This document shows positions 48,761-64,000 of a stretch of 64,000 nt of DNA, one piece after another. The DNA lies in NCBI RefSeq assembly GCF_016432865.1, contig NC_067400.1, positions 514,786,001-514,850,000 on the forward strand. The letters are read 5' to 3'. Position 1 is the stretch's first letter. Each line of letters begins with the position of its first letter. The stretch comes from Antechinus flavipes (lineage: Eukaryota). Below the pieces are notes generated by a model. The model made no database searches, was not told the DNA's origin, and worked only from the letters and a program-made list of their open reading frames with translations. The position numbers and the translations under genes were made by a program.

Positions 48761-51658
48761 AGTAGATTGAAAAAGCAGATCTGGGTTCTATTCCAGGCCC
48801 CTGACTCATTATTAACTGTAACAGAAATCATGTTAATGTCTATTTCTCATTCTGTTAAATAAGAATATTATTTGGCTTCATAAAAATGTGTTAGGAATTT
48901 ATGTAAAATTTCTTTATAAAAAAAGTTTTATAGTTTAGTATTGATTGACAAAAAAAAAAAAATCCCTAAACTTCCTGGGTAATTACATTTAATTTATTTT
49001 AACTCAGAAAATAGTATACACTTTGAGTCACTTTAGTCCCTGTAAGGATTTTTTATTCATACGTGTATTCATTTTTGTATGGTTATATTAGTATATAGAC
49101 CGTTATTTTAGTTTTGCTTTTTTCAATTTATATTATTTAAAAATAATCTAGATTTATTTGTACTTCTTATACTTGTAGTCTTAATTGCATTGTGGCATCT
49201 CTTTATATGAATGTTCCATAGTTTATTTAACCATTGTCCTATTGATGGACATTTAGGTTGCATTTAGTTTATTGTAGTTACAAATAATATTGTTATGATA
49301 TAGCTGAATAGTTTTTTCATTTTGCTTTTGATAATATTTCCAGAGTATATTTCGAATGGTGGAATTGTTGGTCACAGAGTATACTTTTGTATCTTGCAAA
49401 AGTTTCTTTAAAGAAAGATATGCTGGGGATTGGAAAAAAAATTGTAACACTCATTATTAGCACATTTAAGAATCAAGCTAGACTTATGGAATATGTATAA
49501 ACCCTAAACATATGAACCATTAACAATCCTAGTTATTCAGAACTGGCAGATATTGGCAGATTTTTCCCATTGATGTGAGGCAGAAAGGATTTTTCTAATA
49601 GTGAGCCTAAATGTAATGGAAAAGGAAGAGGGAAGGAACAAGCATTTATTAAGTACCTATTATGTTCCAGGCACTCTGCTTTGTGCTTTACAGACTTCTC
49701 ATTTGATCCTCTCAACAACCGTGGTAGATAGGTGCTATTATCCTCATCTCAGTCATTTGAAGCAGACAGTGGTTAAGTGACTTGCAGAGTCACAAAGCTA
49801 GTGTCTGAGGCTGGATTTCAACTTAGATTTTCATGACTCCAGGTTCGGCACTCTAAACCCTGCATTACCTAATTGCCTTTGGCACACAGTAAATGTTTAA
49901 TACATTCATTAAACAATAAATTTAATAAATGCTTCTTGATTGCCTGAAGCATGCCAAAGCATGATACTTTGGTTGGTAGGTTTTTGCTAGATAAGGGGCG
50001 GCCAGACTTAGTGGAAAGAGTATTAGATATGGAGTACCAAGACCTGGATTCAAATTTTGGTTCTGCTACTTAATACTTTTGTGACCTTAAGCAAATTACT
50101 TGTTGGGTTTCAGGTTGGTTATTTGTAAAATGAAAGCGTTGGACTTGATGATCTCTCTAAATACTTCCTCCCCCTCCCCTTTCATTTATTAAGTGCCTGC
50201 TATGTATTAGTCACAATGCTTCAGGCTCAAGGGATACAAAGACAATGCAGAACCCCTAGGGGCGCTTTTGAGGACATCATAGAAAGCAGTTCTATCTTGT
50301 TATACTAGAGAACCTCTGAATTCCCTTCCAGTGCTTAAATCTATATGCCAATCTGTTCTTCTCTAAAATACAGTGCCATTGTCAGAAAAAATAATGCATT
50401 AGAGAGACTGCTGCTCCAGGTCATCCTGAAGTTTTATATATGAGAGAATACTGATTTTCTCCTAGAACTTGTGTAATGCTGAGGCTAGTAGAAGAAGGAA
50501 GTAGAACTGTTATATAGATCATCAATTGAGAAAGATCATCCTGTTCTTGAGGGTAAACCTCCACGGAAGGACTACACATAGAGTAGCAAAATCCAAAGGG
50601 GATAGCCACCTCTCCAGCTAGCTAAAGTCACTCAAGTCAACCTTAGCTGTTAGCAGAATGACTGACTTCTCTGGCAAATCTTTGAGTAGTCCCTGAAAAA
50701 AACAGAATGGGACATGAAGGATTTGGGCAAAAGTAGGAATGTGTGAAAGAGGAAAAGCTGCAGAAACTTCAGGAAGTGAATTGGTGTCTCTCTGTTTCAC
50801 ACATGCAGGTTACTGGAAAATCAGGAGGAGAAGGAGAATAAAATTGTTTCTCTAATCGCAGAACAGGCTGAGGAAAAGTAGGACTATTTCTTTTAAGATC
50901 ATTTTTATCCCTTTTCCCCATGTTTACCTTAAAAAAATTAAAAATCACTTAATGTAATTTAAATGTTCATATTACTTTCTTCTCCCTTGGTCTGAGTAAC
51001 CTTGTTATTCCCAGTCATTTTCCAGCCTTGATTCAAATATAATACTGGAAAACACCCTCTCTGAACCCATTCTTCATTACTGCTTTCAGTCCTACATATG
51101 AGTGTGCCACCATTTTTGCAATAAGGAGAGAGGGAAATAATGGGATTAAAAGATACATGGAGATAGGTAGTACATAGCCATTTTATAATAACTAGCGAAA
51201 TGGGGTATGTATGAAAATAAAATAACCAATATCTGGTGGCAGGTAACCAATTGCTGCCTGACAGGTAAGTATTAGTGTGTACACCTTCCTTAGTTGTCCT
51301 TATAGGACCTGATTGTTTTGGGATAGAAAATTAGTAGTGGCATTGTGTGCTGTTGCACATAATTCTACGTCTCAGTTTCCATAGGTAAAGCAAGTTGGGA
51401 ACCATAAGAAACTCTGATAAATGTTAGTCTTCCTAACTCTAGCCTATTTAAATTTGTGGAAGTGTCAAACTTCTTTTGATGGCTCTGCCTCCTAAATACA
51501 ACCCTTAGCAAGGGAAGCTGGTAAGGCACTAGTGTTATTTTCCCTGGAATTTCATATGTAGGACCTTGTCCCAAGCTTAAAGTACTTAAGCATCATCTCT
51601 CTAAAACAGTTCACTTGACTTGCCTTCTGTCATTAGCTTTTAGCAATTCTGGATCTAA

Positions 51659-51850
<192 letters not shown>

Positions 51851-51939
51851 TGATGTTCTGGAAAGTGGGATTGGTGTGGAAGTCTTTAAGATAATCCTCT
51901 TGGATTCAAGTTAATAAGCCTTTTCATGGTTTTCTTTAG

Positions 51940-52029
<90 letters not shown>

Positions 52030-52458
52030 TGAGCCACTTTCCCTGGGCTGGAACTCATAGGGCTGAAGTTCAAATTCAGACCTTTACTCCACTGGCTCTC
52101 TGAAACCCTGCCCTATTGAGTCTTAATTCTATACTGTCAGACTCTTAATACTGTAATTTCCGGTTATTCATTGAGCTTCCCATATAATAGGTAGGTTTAA
52201 GTTTCTGGAGAACTATTTCTGATATTCATTCACCTGCTGTCTAAGCATTTGGAGGACCCATGTAAAATAGTGTGAGGCAGAAAGTCTCTCTTTGTTGGGA
52301 AACTCTTACTTTAAATTGAATAGAAGTAGAAGGCATATGATTTACAGTGGGACAAAGAATTCAGGACTTGGACCTCTGAGACTGTTGTTGAACCTCGATT
52401 TTATAATCCTTTTTTCTTCTCAAGTCCCACTAGTTTTACTCTTAATTTGCTGTCTTAA

Positions 52459-52671
<213 letters not shown>

Positions 52672-53242
52672 TGATACACACACATACACATATGAGTGGT
52701 ATTGAAGTTTCATGGCATTGTGTTTTTTGAGATTTGAAAAGGATATGGATGCTATCTAATCCAGAAAACCACCTTGTACACTAATCTTTTCTGTATCATT
52801 CTTGACAGAAGATTCTTTATCTTTTGATATAATAGGAATAATGATAATTGTTTTAAAAACACTTTAAAATTTGCAAAGCTCTTTATGAATATTTTATCCT
52901 GACATTAGCTCTAAAGTGAAGGGATAGTATTCCCATTTTACAGATAAGAAAACTGCAGCAGACATAAATTAAATGACTTCTCTAGGATCACAAAGTTAGT
53001 GGCTGAGGTTAGATTTGAATCATGATCTTCCTGACTCCATACCCAGCACTCTCTCCACTATGCCACCTAGTTCCTATTTAGACACTTTCAGTAACAGGGA
53101 GCTCACTACTTTAAGAAACAATTGTTCTGTTTTTGTGTCAAGATCTTTCTCCCACATTTCCATCACCTTCCCTTACCCAAAATGAGGCTAACATACTTTT
53201 GGTTCACTGCTACAGGGTAATTTCTTGATCTTTCTTTTCTAG

Positions 53243-53903
<661 letters not shown>

Positions 53904-53960
53904 TAAGTTTCTTAAAATGGATTAATGTCCTGAGAGAGAGATATTGGAATGCAGGTATAA

Positions 53961-54576
<616 letters not shown>

Positions 54577-54759
54577 TGAGAAAGAGATCCAGGCGGGGGG
54601 GCTCCATGGGATGTGGTATTTGAGGTTTGGTTTTAGAGAAGAGAGGCCAAATAAATTCTTTTGGTAAGCAGATTTGGAGATGGGATCATAGACAGAAAGA
54701 AGGAGTGATCCTAGGACATAGAATCACCACTATAAAGTATGCCTCTGTTTGTCCTGTAG

Positions 54760-54948
<189 letters not shown>

Positions 54949-55493
54949 TAAGTTTAGCCTAGGTTTGTTTTGCTGGGGAATCTTAGATATGAATAGAATA
55001 AAAAACTAGTCTCAGACTCCATTCATAAGATGGGTCAATAATTACTTTAAACAGACAATCCAGTTGTTCCTCATTCTCATTATGAGGGTTATTAGGCAGA
55101 GGCAAAATATACTTAATAGAACTGTCTGGCTTATGGGAACAACAGGATAAAATCTCTTTCCCACAAAGGAGGAGGTGATGGTCCTAGACTTTGAGGGGAG
55201 GGAAGTGTTGGGAATGAAGAAAACCCATCTCTGTACATGAAGAGATCATGGTATGGAGCAAATCATATTTTGAATATGCATCAATAGCATTTTCAGACTG
55301 TTGGAATTTAGTATTCTTTGTATAATGAGGATCCATTTACTTGCTCCAGAATTGGTCTTTCTGGGTATATCCCAGGGACTCTTTTCACACTATTAGAACT
55401 TTTGGCCTAGTAGCTGTCCTTTATCCTTTATTGCTATTCATCTTAAGCCTCATGCTGGCTCCTCTTTGCTCCCTCTTCCCTAGCCCCCAATAA

Positions 55494-55601
<108 letters not shown>

Positions 55602-55714
55602 TGGACCTGGCTGGAAAGGAAGAAGAGGAGAGACAGATATGAACAGGAAGGAGAGGGTTCAAGATTCTAGAGCTCTATATTTATACATCAGTGTGTACTC
55701 ATGCCATGTACATT

Positions 55715-55720
55715 TTTATT
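55715..55720 (-). terminator. BACE1: Candidate most distal BACE1 poly(A) signal (others at 56771-56776, 56963-56968)
   Basis: TTTATT on + strand; usage unverified. Confidence 0.35.
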
Positions 55721-58700
55721 ATATAGGTAATGTGTGTATAGAAAGTCTGTATGCAAACATTCATAAATGAAAGTATGTATATTATGCAGAATTTTCCGTT
55801 CCCCCTGGTCTTGCGGTTTCCCTTGGTGGTACAAGTTGTAGGAAAAATAGTATGCGCTGTTGCATTGAAATGATAAGTGTTCTTGCCCAGAGTTATTTTT
55901 AAATACATCATAACAGACAACACCTAGGAAGCTGCTTTTGCTGTCTGACTATATTACTTTGATTTGGTTCAGCCTGCAGCTCTATTTCCTTATGTCTCAT
56001 CCCTTCTTGTAAAATGCATCCTGGCATTTGCTCAGCTGTCTAATCAGATGCCTCAGTTAGAAACCTCAAGAACTTTCTGCATCATCCTAGACAAACTGAG
56101 ACTTGATAGAGAAAGAAATGTATTACCAGACAATTTGACTTTAGATTGAATAATTTACTGTGTTAACAATCATTTTTACGTAGACATTAGGTTTACAGAG
56201 TATTGCGGTTTACATCAGCAGAATTGAATTCACAGTCTGAGAATAACAATATCAATCAAATCCCCCGTTCCCCTTGCCACCCCACTTCCCAGAAACAGGT
56301 ATTCTGTGCAGAGGTTGGCACGACCTACAGGTGTCTTCTATGCCTTGCCCCCATTGACTTAGGCCGTGCCCTATCTCTGACATACTAGCTTTGAATTCCT
56401 CACCTTATCCCTTGCTTCTGGTCTCCCAATCTATAGATTTCTAGTCTTTTCCCCTCCCCCCTAAGGTTAAGGCAGTTGGTTCACAACCAAGTTGTTTGGT
56501 GTCCTTGGGTGAGTTCTGAGCAGGCACTGGGGTGAGGAGATCTCTGTGCAAATTCACCTATAGAATTATCTTGGGGTGGTTTTTGTAATTTTTGAAACAA
56601 GAGTGCTACTGGGGGCATATGTTTTTTGTAACTGGGGAAAATAGAGACCAGAATAGGATAAGGAGGGGAGGCCATCAGAAACCAAACCTCTTCATGTCAT
56701 GGATTTTAGATTCCAGGCTGTGTGTTTTTTTTTTTTTTAATTATTATTCCATATTGGGAAAAATCGTACCTTTATTAGATCTCTGAATCTTACTCTTAGC
56801 CATTGAGTCCCCATTCCTATAGGACATAAGGCTTTATCTTTCCCTAGTGGAAATCATCCAAATGAAAACCAAACACCAATTTTCATAAGTGTCTGGCCAT
56901 GTATAAAAGAACCCAACTATATTATTATCGGTAACCTTTGGGAGAGTGTGGGTAGGTTGTGTTTTATTTTTGCTGGAACCTTGTAGTAATCATTCTCTTG
57001 TTAGATGGGGATGGCAGAAGAGTTTTAGCCATACCATTCATATCTCATTTTTACTATTTGTTCTCTTATCTTCCTTCCCACCTGTTTCCCCAGGTGTCTT
57101 TTCTCCCTTTTCCCTTTTCTTGTCTCTCTTATCAAGATTCATTGTTTGGCCATCAGGTCAAGGAAAAGGCTTAGATGAGTCACCTTTGGCATTTTTCAAA
57201 TGGTCTGCTGCTGCACGGAACAGAAGTGAGGAGACTGCTCTAGTACCTAGGGCTCATGTCCTCCATTTTTACCTCCTCCAGATTTCTCTGGTTAATATTT
57301 TTGCCCTTTGTGAATGATGTCTGCCCTCCTAACAATTGGCTTTTACTCTGACTCCTTTGAGGCAGAAAATATGGTAGGTAGGATTGGAGATCAATTCTTT
57401 GTTCTCTTTAGCTTACGTTTCTCATTATTCATGACTTTCCTGCCTCCCCTGAGATTTGTAGCTTCTGGTCCACCTTTGCTACCTCTCAGTGTTTCTACAA
57501 GGCTAGGAACTAACTTGCATAAGAACAATAACTTCTAGTTATCTCCAGAAAGCATTTAGAGCCATGAGAATGAAGAATGTGGGATAAAGTAGAGGGATTA
57601 ACTCCCTTCTCCCCAGCAAAAGCCCGTGGATAATCTAACTTAGAGCAAGATGAAAAGTGCTTCTGGAGAGGTTGCTATGGCAAGTAGAACCCCAGTGTTG
57701 CTCAGTTCTTTCCCTTTTGTCTTAACAACGATTGTAAAACAACACCAAAGTTCCACCTACCCTCTTGTTTACTAACCTATAAATGTGGAAAGGCCAAATG
57801 AGGAGGATTGGAAATGAGATAGTGGCTTTTGAGTGTAGAATTAAAAAATAGATATATACATACATATCTTACAAGCAAGAAGCAGATACCGAGAGGAATT
57901 TCTTTACATTTAAGAGTTCAAAGTTGGTGGGGCAGCTTGGAGAAGGGAATTATAAAAAGAAGAATTAAGTACAACCAGTTTTCTCTTTAAAAAATAACAA
58001 GAGGGCTGCAAGACCAACTAACCAAAGTTGGTTTTATGTCCTGGGAAGAGCTAGGAAAAACCAGTTTTCCTCAGCCGTGGGTAGGGATTATAAAGCAGAA
58101 CTTGGTCTTTTTGTAACACACGAGCAATTCCAAAGATTTATTTACACACCCAAGTAAAGTCTCAAGCTAGGAGGAGGCTTTTATTTTTGAGATTTTTCTA
58201 TCAGTTTTGGGTAGTACAAAGTACTCCCCATCAGCCAGAGCAGCACCAGATGCAGTGGAAGAAAAAGGACCGCAAGTGTGGGTGGAGAAATGAGAAGCTG
58301 TGGTCCATTATTCTCACTGTTATTTGCTTATGGCTTGTGGGGATTTAACTGGGGTTCTGGTCCACAGGGTAGCCAGGCTGAGACAGGAAACTCCAGAAAT
58401 GTCCCCATTGGTTTTCTCCCCTTACCCTTGCCCCACCCCACACCCACAGAAAAGGAGGCCAGGCAGATTCCATGTAGAATGGCTGGGCTGAATTAGGAAA
58501 AAAGTGTGGGGGGAGGGGCTTCCTTCGAGAGAGCTAAGGTGGAGTTGAGCAGTTGTATTTACCTTATGACTTCCTGCTAATGCTATAGCAGTTCCTCTGT
58601 AAGTAGATTAGCTTGTTCCCCCTGTGCCCAGCCCTAGGTAACAAGATAACACATGGGCTGGGGAGCCAAGGAACCAAGGGAAAGAATGGCACTCAAGGAA

Positions 58701-60176
58701 GAAAAACTTCCAATGAGATGAGGAAGCTATGAGAGGGAGGCTGCTAACCTCTTGGTACTGGAGATGGCAACAGCACCAGAAAGCACTGAGTTTGGGGAGT
58801 TATCAGTACTGTACCAATGGCACTGGAAGATGCTTCATCCACCTGAATGTAATAGTGGTATGGGAGGGAGATGGTAGCATGGTGAGAGATGCCTGGGAAA
58901 GGGAGGGAGATGGCTGATTCCTGTTTACCTCTGAACAAAAAGGAGATCCAAGCAGAGGCCCAAGGTCCCAATTCATACTTGCTGAAAGCCCTGGATTCTC
59001 TTTTCAAAGATTTAGGAGAAAGTCCGGTATCCCTTCATTTAACTCCCTAGTTTGCAAAATCCTCAGGAGCTTTGTGGCTTAGTTAAGGGGTAGGAAGAAA
59101 AGAGATAAGACCCTGTGATTGGGTAGCTCAAGAAGTACAGCCAAGCTCTGTCTTACTCTGTTTATTCTCTATGTGGGTATGAAAATTAAGGGAGGAGGGA
59201 GTGTAGGAGGTTGGGGAATCTTAGCAAAATTCTAGTAGTGATGCTCTGGGATTAGAAGGTTCAGGCTATAAAAAGTCATTTGCTAAGTGAAACTCAGTGG
59301 GAGAAATTGGGTTTCCAATCTAGTTGTTCTTTGCTGAAGGCAGATTATGAGAATTCTGGTCAAATTTTGCAAGGTTTTCTTTGCGTTTTCCTTGAGGTCA
59401 TTTGGGAAGAATAGGAAAGGGAGTATTAATGGTCATAGAGTGGGGGAAGGGGGAGGTCAATTTGGTTCTTTCATGACAACTGGAATGCTTTGCCAAATCA
59501 GAGTCTTTCTGGTTGAGTTATATATGGTATCTTATGTAGATAGCAAGACCTAAAACTGGGGACTGTTCTTCCCATTTACTGCTTTCCCCTAATTTCCCCT
59601 TCTCTGTCTGCCTTTCTTATTACCTGTCCTCCCTTCTCCCCTAATAAAAATCATTTAAATACCCCAATCTATTCACAAATTTTAAGAAATTACCCCTGTA
59701 GTCAAATCAGGGTTGTTTATGTAGGTTCTACACAAAAATAAGGGGCTATAATGTACATTAACCCCTGCTGAAGAGAATGAGGGCGGACCATTTCTAATCC
59801 CAGGACACCATCAGGGAAAAGGCTGGGTCTTGTACCAATTCTGAGAATAAGGAAAAGAGAAGGATTTGGGTTGAAGAGAACTAGGTGAGGTGGTAAAATT
59901 TTTAGGAATGAAGTTTCAAGCAGCAGAAAATTTCCTAGCTGAGGTTTGACGTGACCAAGGGGTTTCCTGCCATTGGAGAGATTCCTTCTTTCCTCTTCCC
60001 CCTTCTAAATCCATTATCCCTGTGGGACGCACCGTGCCAGCATCTCCTGGTTTTCTCTTTGTCAAGGTAGGCAGGCTGGTGGGTAAGGGTCCTGAGGTGC
60101 TCTGGTCACATGTTCTATCTCCATGTCTCCTGCCAGAGTAGACAGCCATAGAGGGCCTGTGAGGCTTGAGGGCCCT

Positions 60177-60467
<291 letters not shown>

Positions 60468-60957
60468 TTAGACATGAAAAAAACGAAAACTATGAAACTC
60501 TAGAATTTGGTTCTTATGGGAGCTGTCAGAGCTTCTCAGATTTTTTAAACTCTCAGATAACAACCTGTTCTAGGTGAGGAGCATCCTGTCATAATTAGGC
60601 AGAGATACTCTACAAGCCTCATGCTGCTTTGTTTTCTGAGGGCCACATAATGCCAGCCCTAATGCTAGCTACACAGTCTTGTTCTCTTGCCTTCCTTTCC
60701 CAAGTGATGGTGCACCCATAAGCTGAGTATCACCAAGGAGTTCATTGTCCATCTACTGTGGCTGCTTATCTTTCCCTGGACTCTAGAACACTACACCTTT
60801 TTCATGGTTACCTCGTCTCTTGGGCTTTTCCAGCAAAGGTTACTGTGCTTGAGTTGTAGGCTCAAGAAACATGAGAATTTTGACACCTCTTGCTCAGTAT
60901 GTTGGCTTTGAGAGGCAGGCAGTTCCTCACCAAGTTGGCACAGACCCAGATATCTTA

Positions 60958-61290
<333 letters not shown>

Positions 61291-61472
61291 TTATCTCATT
61301 TGATTCTTACAACATTCCTGTGAAGTAGGGCATTTGGAATGAGCAAACAGAATCAATGATGAAATTCTTTGCCTGTTTTGAGATAGTTTTTCAAAAAGAC
61401 TAATCCAGTAGTTCTTTTCCATATTTGTTTTGTTCCATTCAGCTATGCCCAATAGCTGTGTTATATTCCTCA

Positions 61473-61715
<243 letters not shown>

Positions 61716-62339
61716 TTAGTTATAAGAAAGTGGCCTGCATTACATCTTCTGCTAAGTTTTTTTCCCCCTGCTAAGGACCTTCCCTTGTTTGACCCTGATA
61801 GAAAACTGGACTAAAGGGAGAAACTGAGTCACATAAAGTAGATATAACTAGATGATGAATTTCTTAGAAATATCCTAGAATCATCTGAAAGAAATGGAGA
61901 TGGGGTGGGATCAGGGAACAAGAACGACTTTTAGCTATTTGAAATCTTGTCATTTGTTTGGACTTATTTTGCTTATCCCTAGAGGACAGTTAGAACCAAT
62001 GGATAGAGCTTATATAGGGATATAGCTTTTGGCTAACATTGGAATGGATCGCCTAAAGATCTTCAAATAGTGGTTGAACCACTATTGCTGGGGATACATA
62101 AAAGATATTCAGACTTAATATACAGGCAGTACTAAATGGCTTCTGAAAACCACCAAACTATTCATTCTCTAATTCTTGGTATGAATGGGGAAAAGGGTGG
62201 AGCTTGAGGTGAAGATAGGGCAGATCATAGCTGAGAAAGATGGGGAAAGACCAATATCTAAAGATAGCTCAGTCCCTAGAACTGTAGCACTATGGCAGAG
62301 CATTCTATATGGGTATTTTTGTGCTTGCATTCCATATCA

Positions 62340-62495
<156 letters not shown>

Positions 62496-62749
62496 CTAGA
62501 GAGGAGAAAAGATATTCATGTGGCCAAATGCCTTTGGGTTTCAGGCATCTTACTGTTCCACAATTAGTCCAGAGGTCTTAAGCGTAGATTGGCGCAGCAT
62601 TCCTTTGTCCCCCAGTTTCCCCAACTAGAACCCTATTTAACCATAGACCACCAGGATCACCCCTTCCCAATAATGCCTTTGAACTTTACAATTGGCCTTG
62701 CTACTATATTCTACAAGCCACCTACAGCCACACTTTCCTATATTGTTGT

Positions 62750-62880
62750 CTTTTCCAATTAGAATGTGAGCTCTTTGAGAGAGAGACTATCTTGTTTTTC
62801 TATTTGTATTTATAGTACTTAGTATGGTTCTTGGCATACAGTAAGAGCTTAATAAATGCTTTTCCATTCTATTCAAATAG
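62750..62880 (+). mobile_element. L2 3' end
   Basis: ttagaatgtgagctctttgagag..gcttaataaatgctttt..attc. Confidence 0.6.
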
Positions 62881-63309
62881 CTCCTAAATCATCACCATGT
62901 AATAGGTCTAGAGCTAGAATGGTCTAACGCTAACTCACATTTGTATAATGCTTTTACATTTTTCAAAATGTTTTTGTACCTGTTATCTTTTTCAGTCTTG
63001 AAGAGTAGATTGGGTAGAGATCATATTATATTCATATGACAAATAAGGACATTGAGATCCAGAGAAGTTAATTGGCTTTTTAAAGTATACATATTTGATT
63101 TAGTGGCAAACTTAGGACTTAGAACTTGGGTTTCTTTCTTCCTAGTGCACGTATTCTTTCCACTGGACCACACATGTGGCCTGGGGAGAATACTCTTTTC
63201 AATCTTTGCCCTTACAGATGGATTTCCTGCTATCACTGTTGAGTTATTGACTGAGACACAACTCCTTTCCTCAGTTCTTCCCAAAGCTTGTGCTTGGCCT
63301 ATCATTCTA

Positions 63310-63546
<237 letters not shown>

Positions 63547-64000
63547 TCATGCTCTAGTCCACTGGGTATGTCCCTTAGGGAACTAGGAACACTGGGTTTT
63601 AGGAACCTGGGGTCATGAGGAATAGGTCAAATATTAGAAGTAATGGAGTAACAAAAAAAAAAAAAAAACTGTCTCTTTGGATGGCAGAGACTTTTGGAAT
63701 CATGATTTTTATTCCCTTGCTGCAGGTCTGACTGTCCTTAATCCAGTTCAGGCAGTTTGAGGATTTATCCTTTAATAATTTTTATTTAACAGTGGGGGTG
63801 CTACATTTTTCCCAATCACCCATTCCATTTTCATATAATCCTTTTTGTTTGGAAGTTAGTTAAATCTTACCCAACTTGCTCTTATTGTAATTTGTCTTTT
63901 GCCTCATTATAGTGAGGATGGAGAATCATTCACTATTTTCTTAGTAAAGAAGGCATGAAAACCTACCTCTTCTTCAGACTAAGTCATGTCAGTTCCTGTA

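Overview
Mammalian genomic DNA, inferred to be marsupial and probably dasyurid (WSINE1-like and Mar1-like SINEs, an RTE 3' end, an OC1-like hAT MITE). It is syntenic with human 11q23.3 and carries four genes, reconstructed here exon by exon with GT-AG boundaries and phase checks. TAGLN (+) is complete, 201 aa, with a recognisable SM22-alpha CArG promoter. PCSK7 (-) is complete, 15 coding exons, 796 aa. RNF214 (+) is complete, 14 coding exons, 722 aa, and shares a CpG-rich bidirectional promoter with PCSK7. BACE1 (-) is partial: the last 5 exons and a long 3' UTR. I found no new multi-gene system, RNA gene or CRISPR array; most short ORFs in the track are intronic or antisense noise. The most unusual element is a young 2.7-kb L1 in a PCSK7 intron, truncated at the 3' rather than the 5' end: intact 5' UTR and 354-aa ORF1, ORF2 ending in the endonuclease domain, no poly(A), no TSD. 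It splits a MIR, possibly at the axis of a 14-bp palindrome with junction microhomology. Other points: a CR1>solo-LTR>hAT-MITE nest, substitutions in three studied PC7 motifs, a degenerate distal TAGLN CArG box, two likely tail-to-tail 3' overlaps, and BACE1 miRNA seed matches. Human comparisons and repeat family names are from recall, not from a search.
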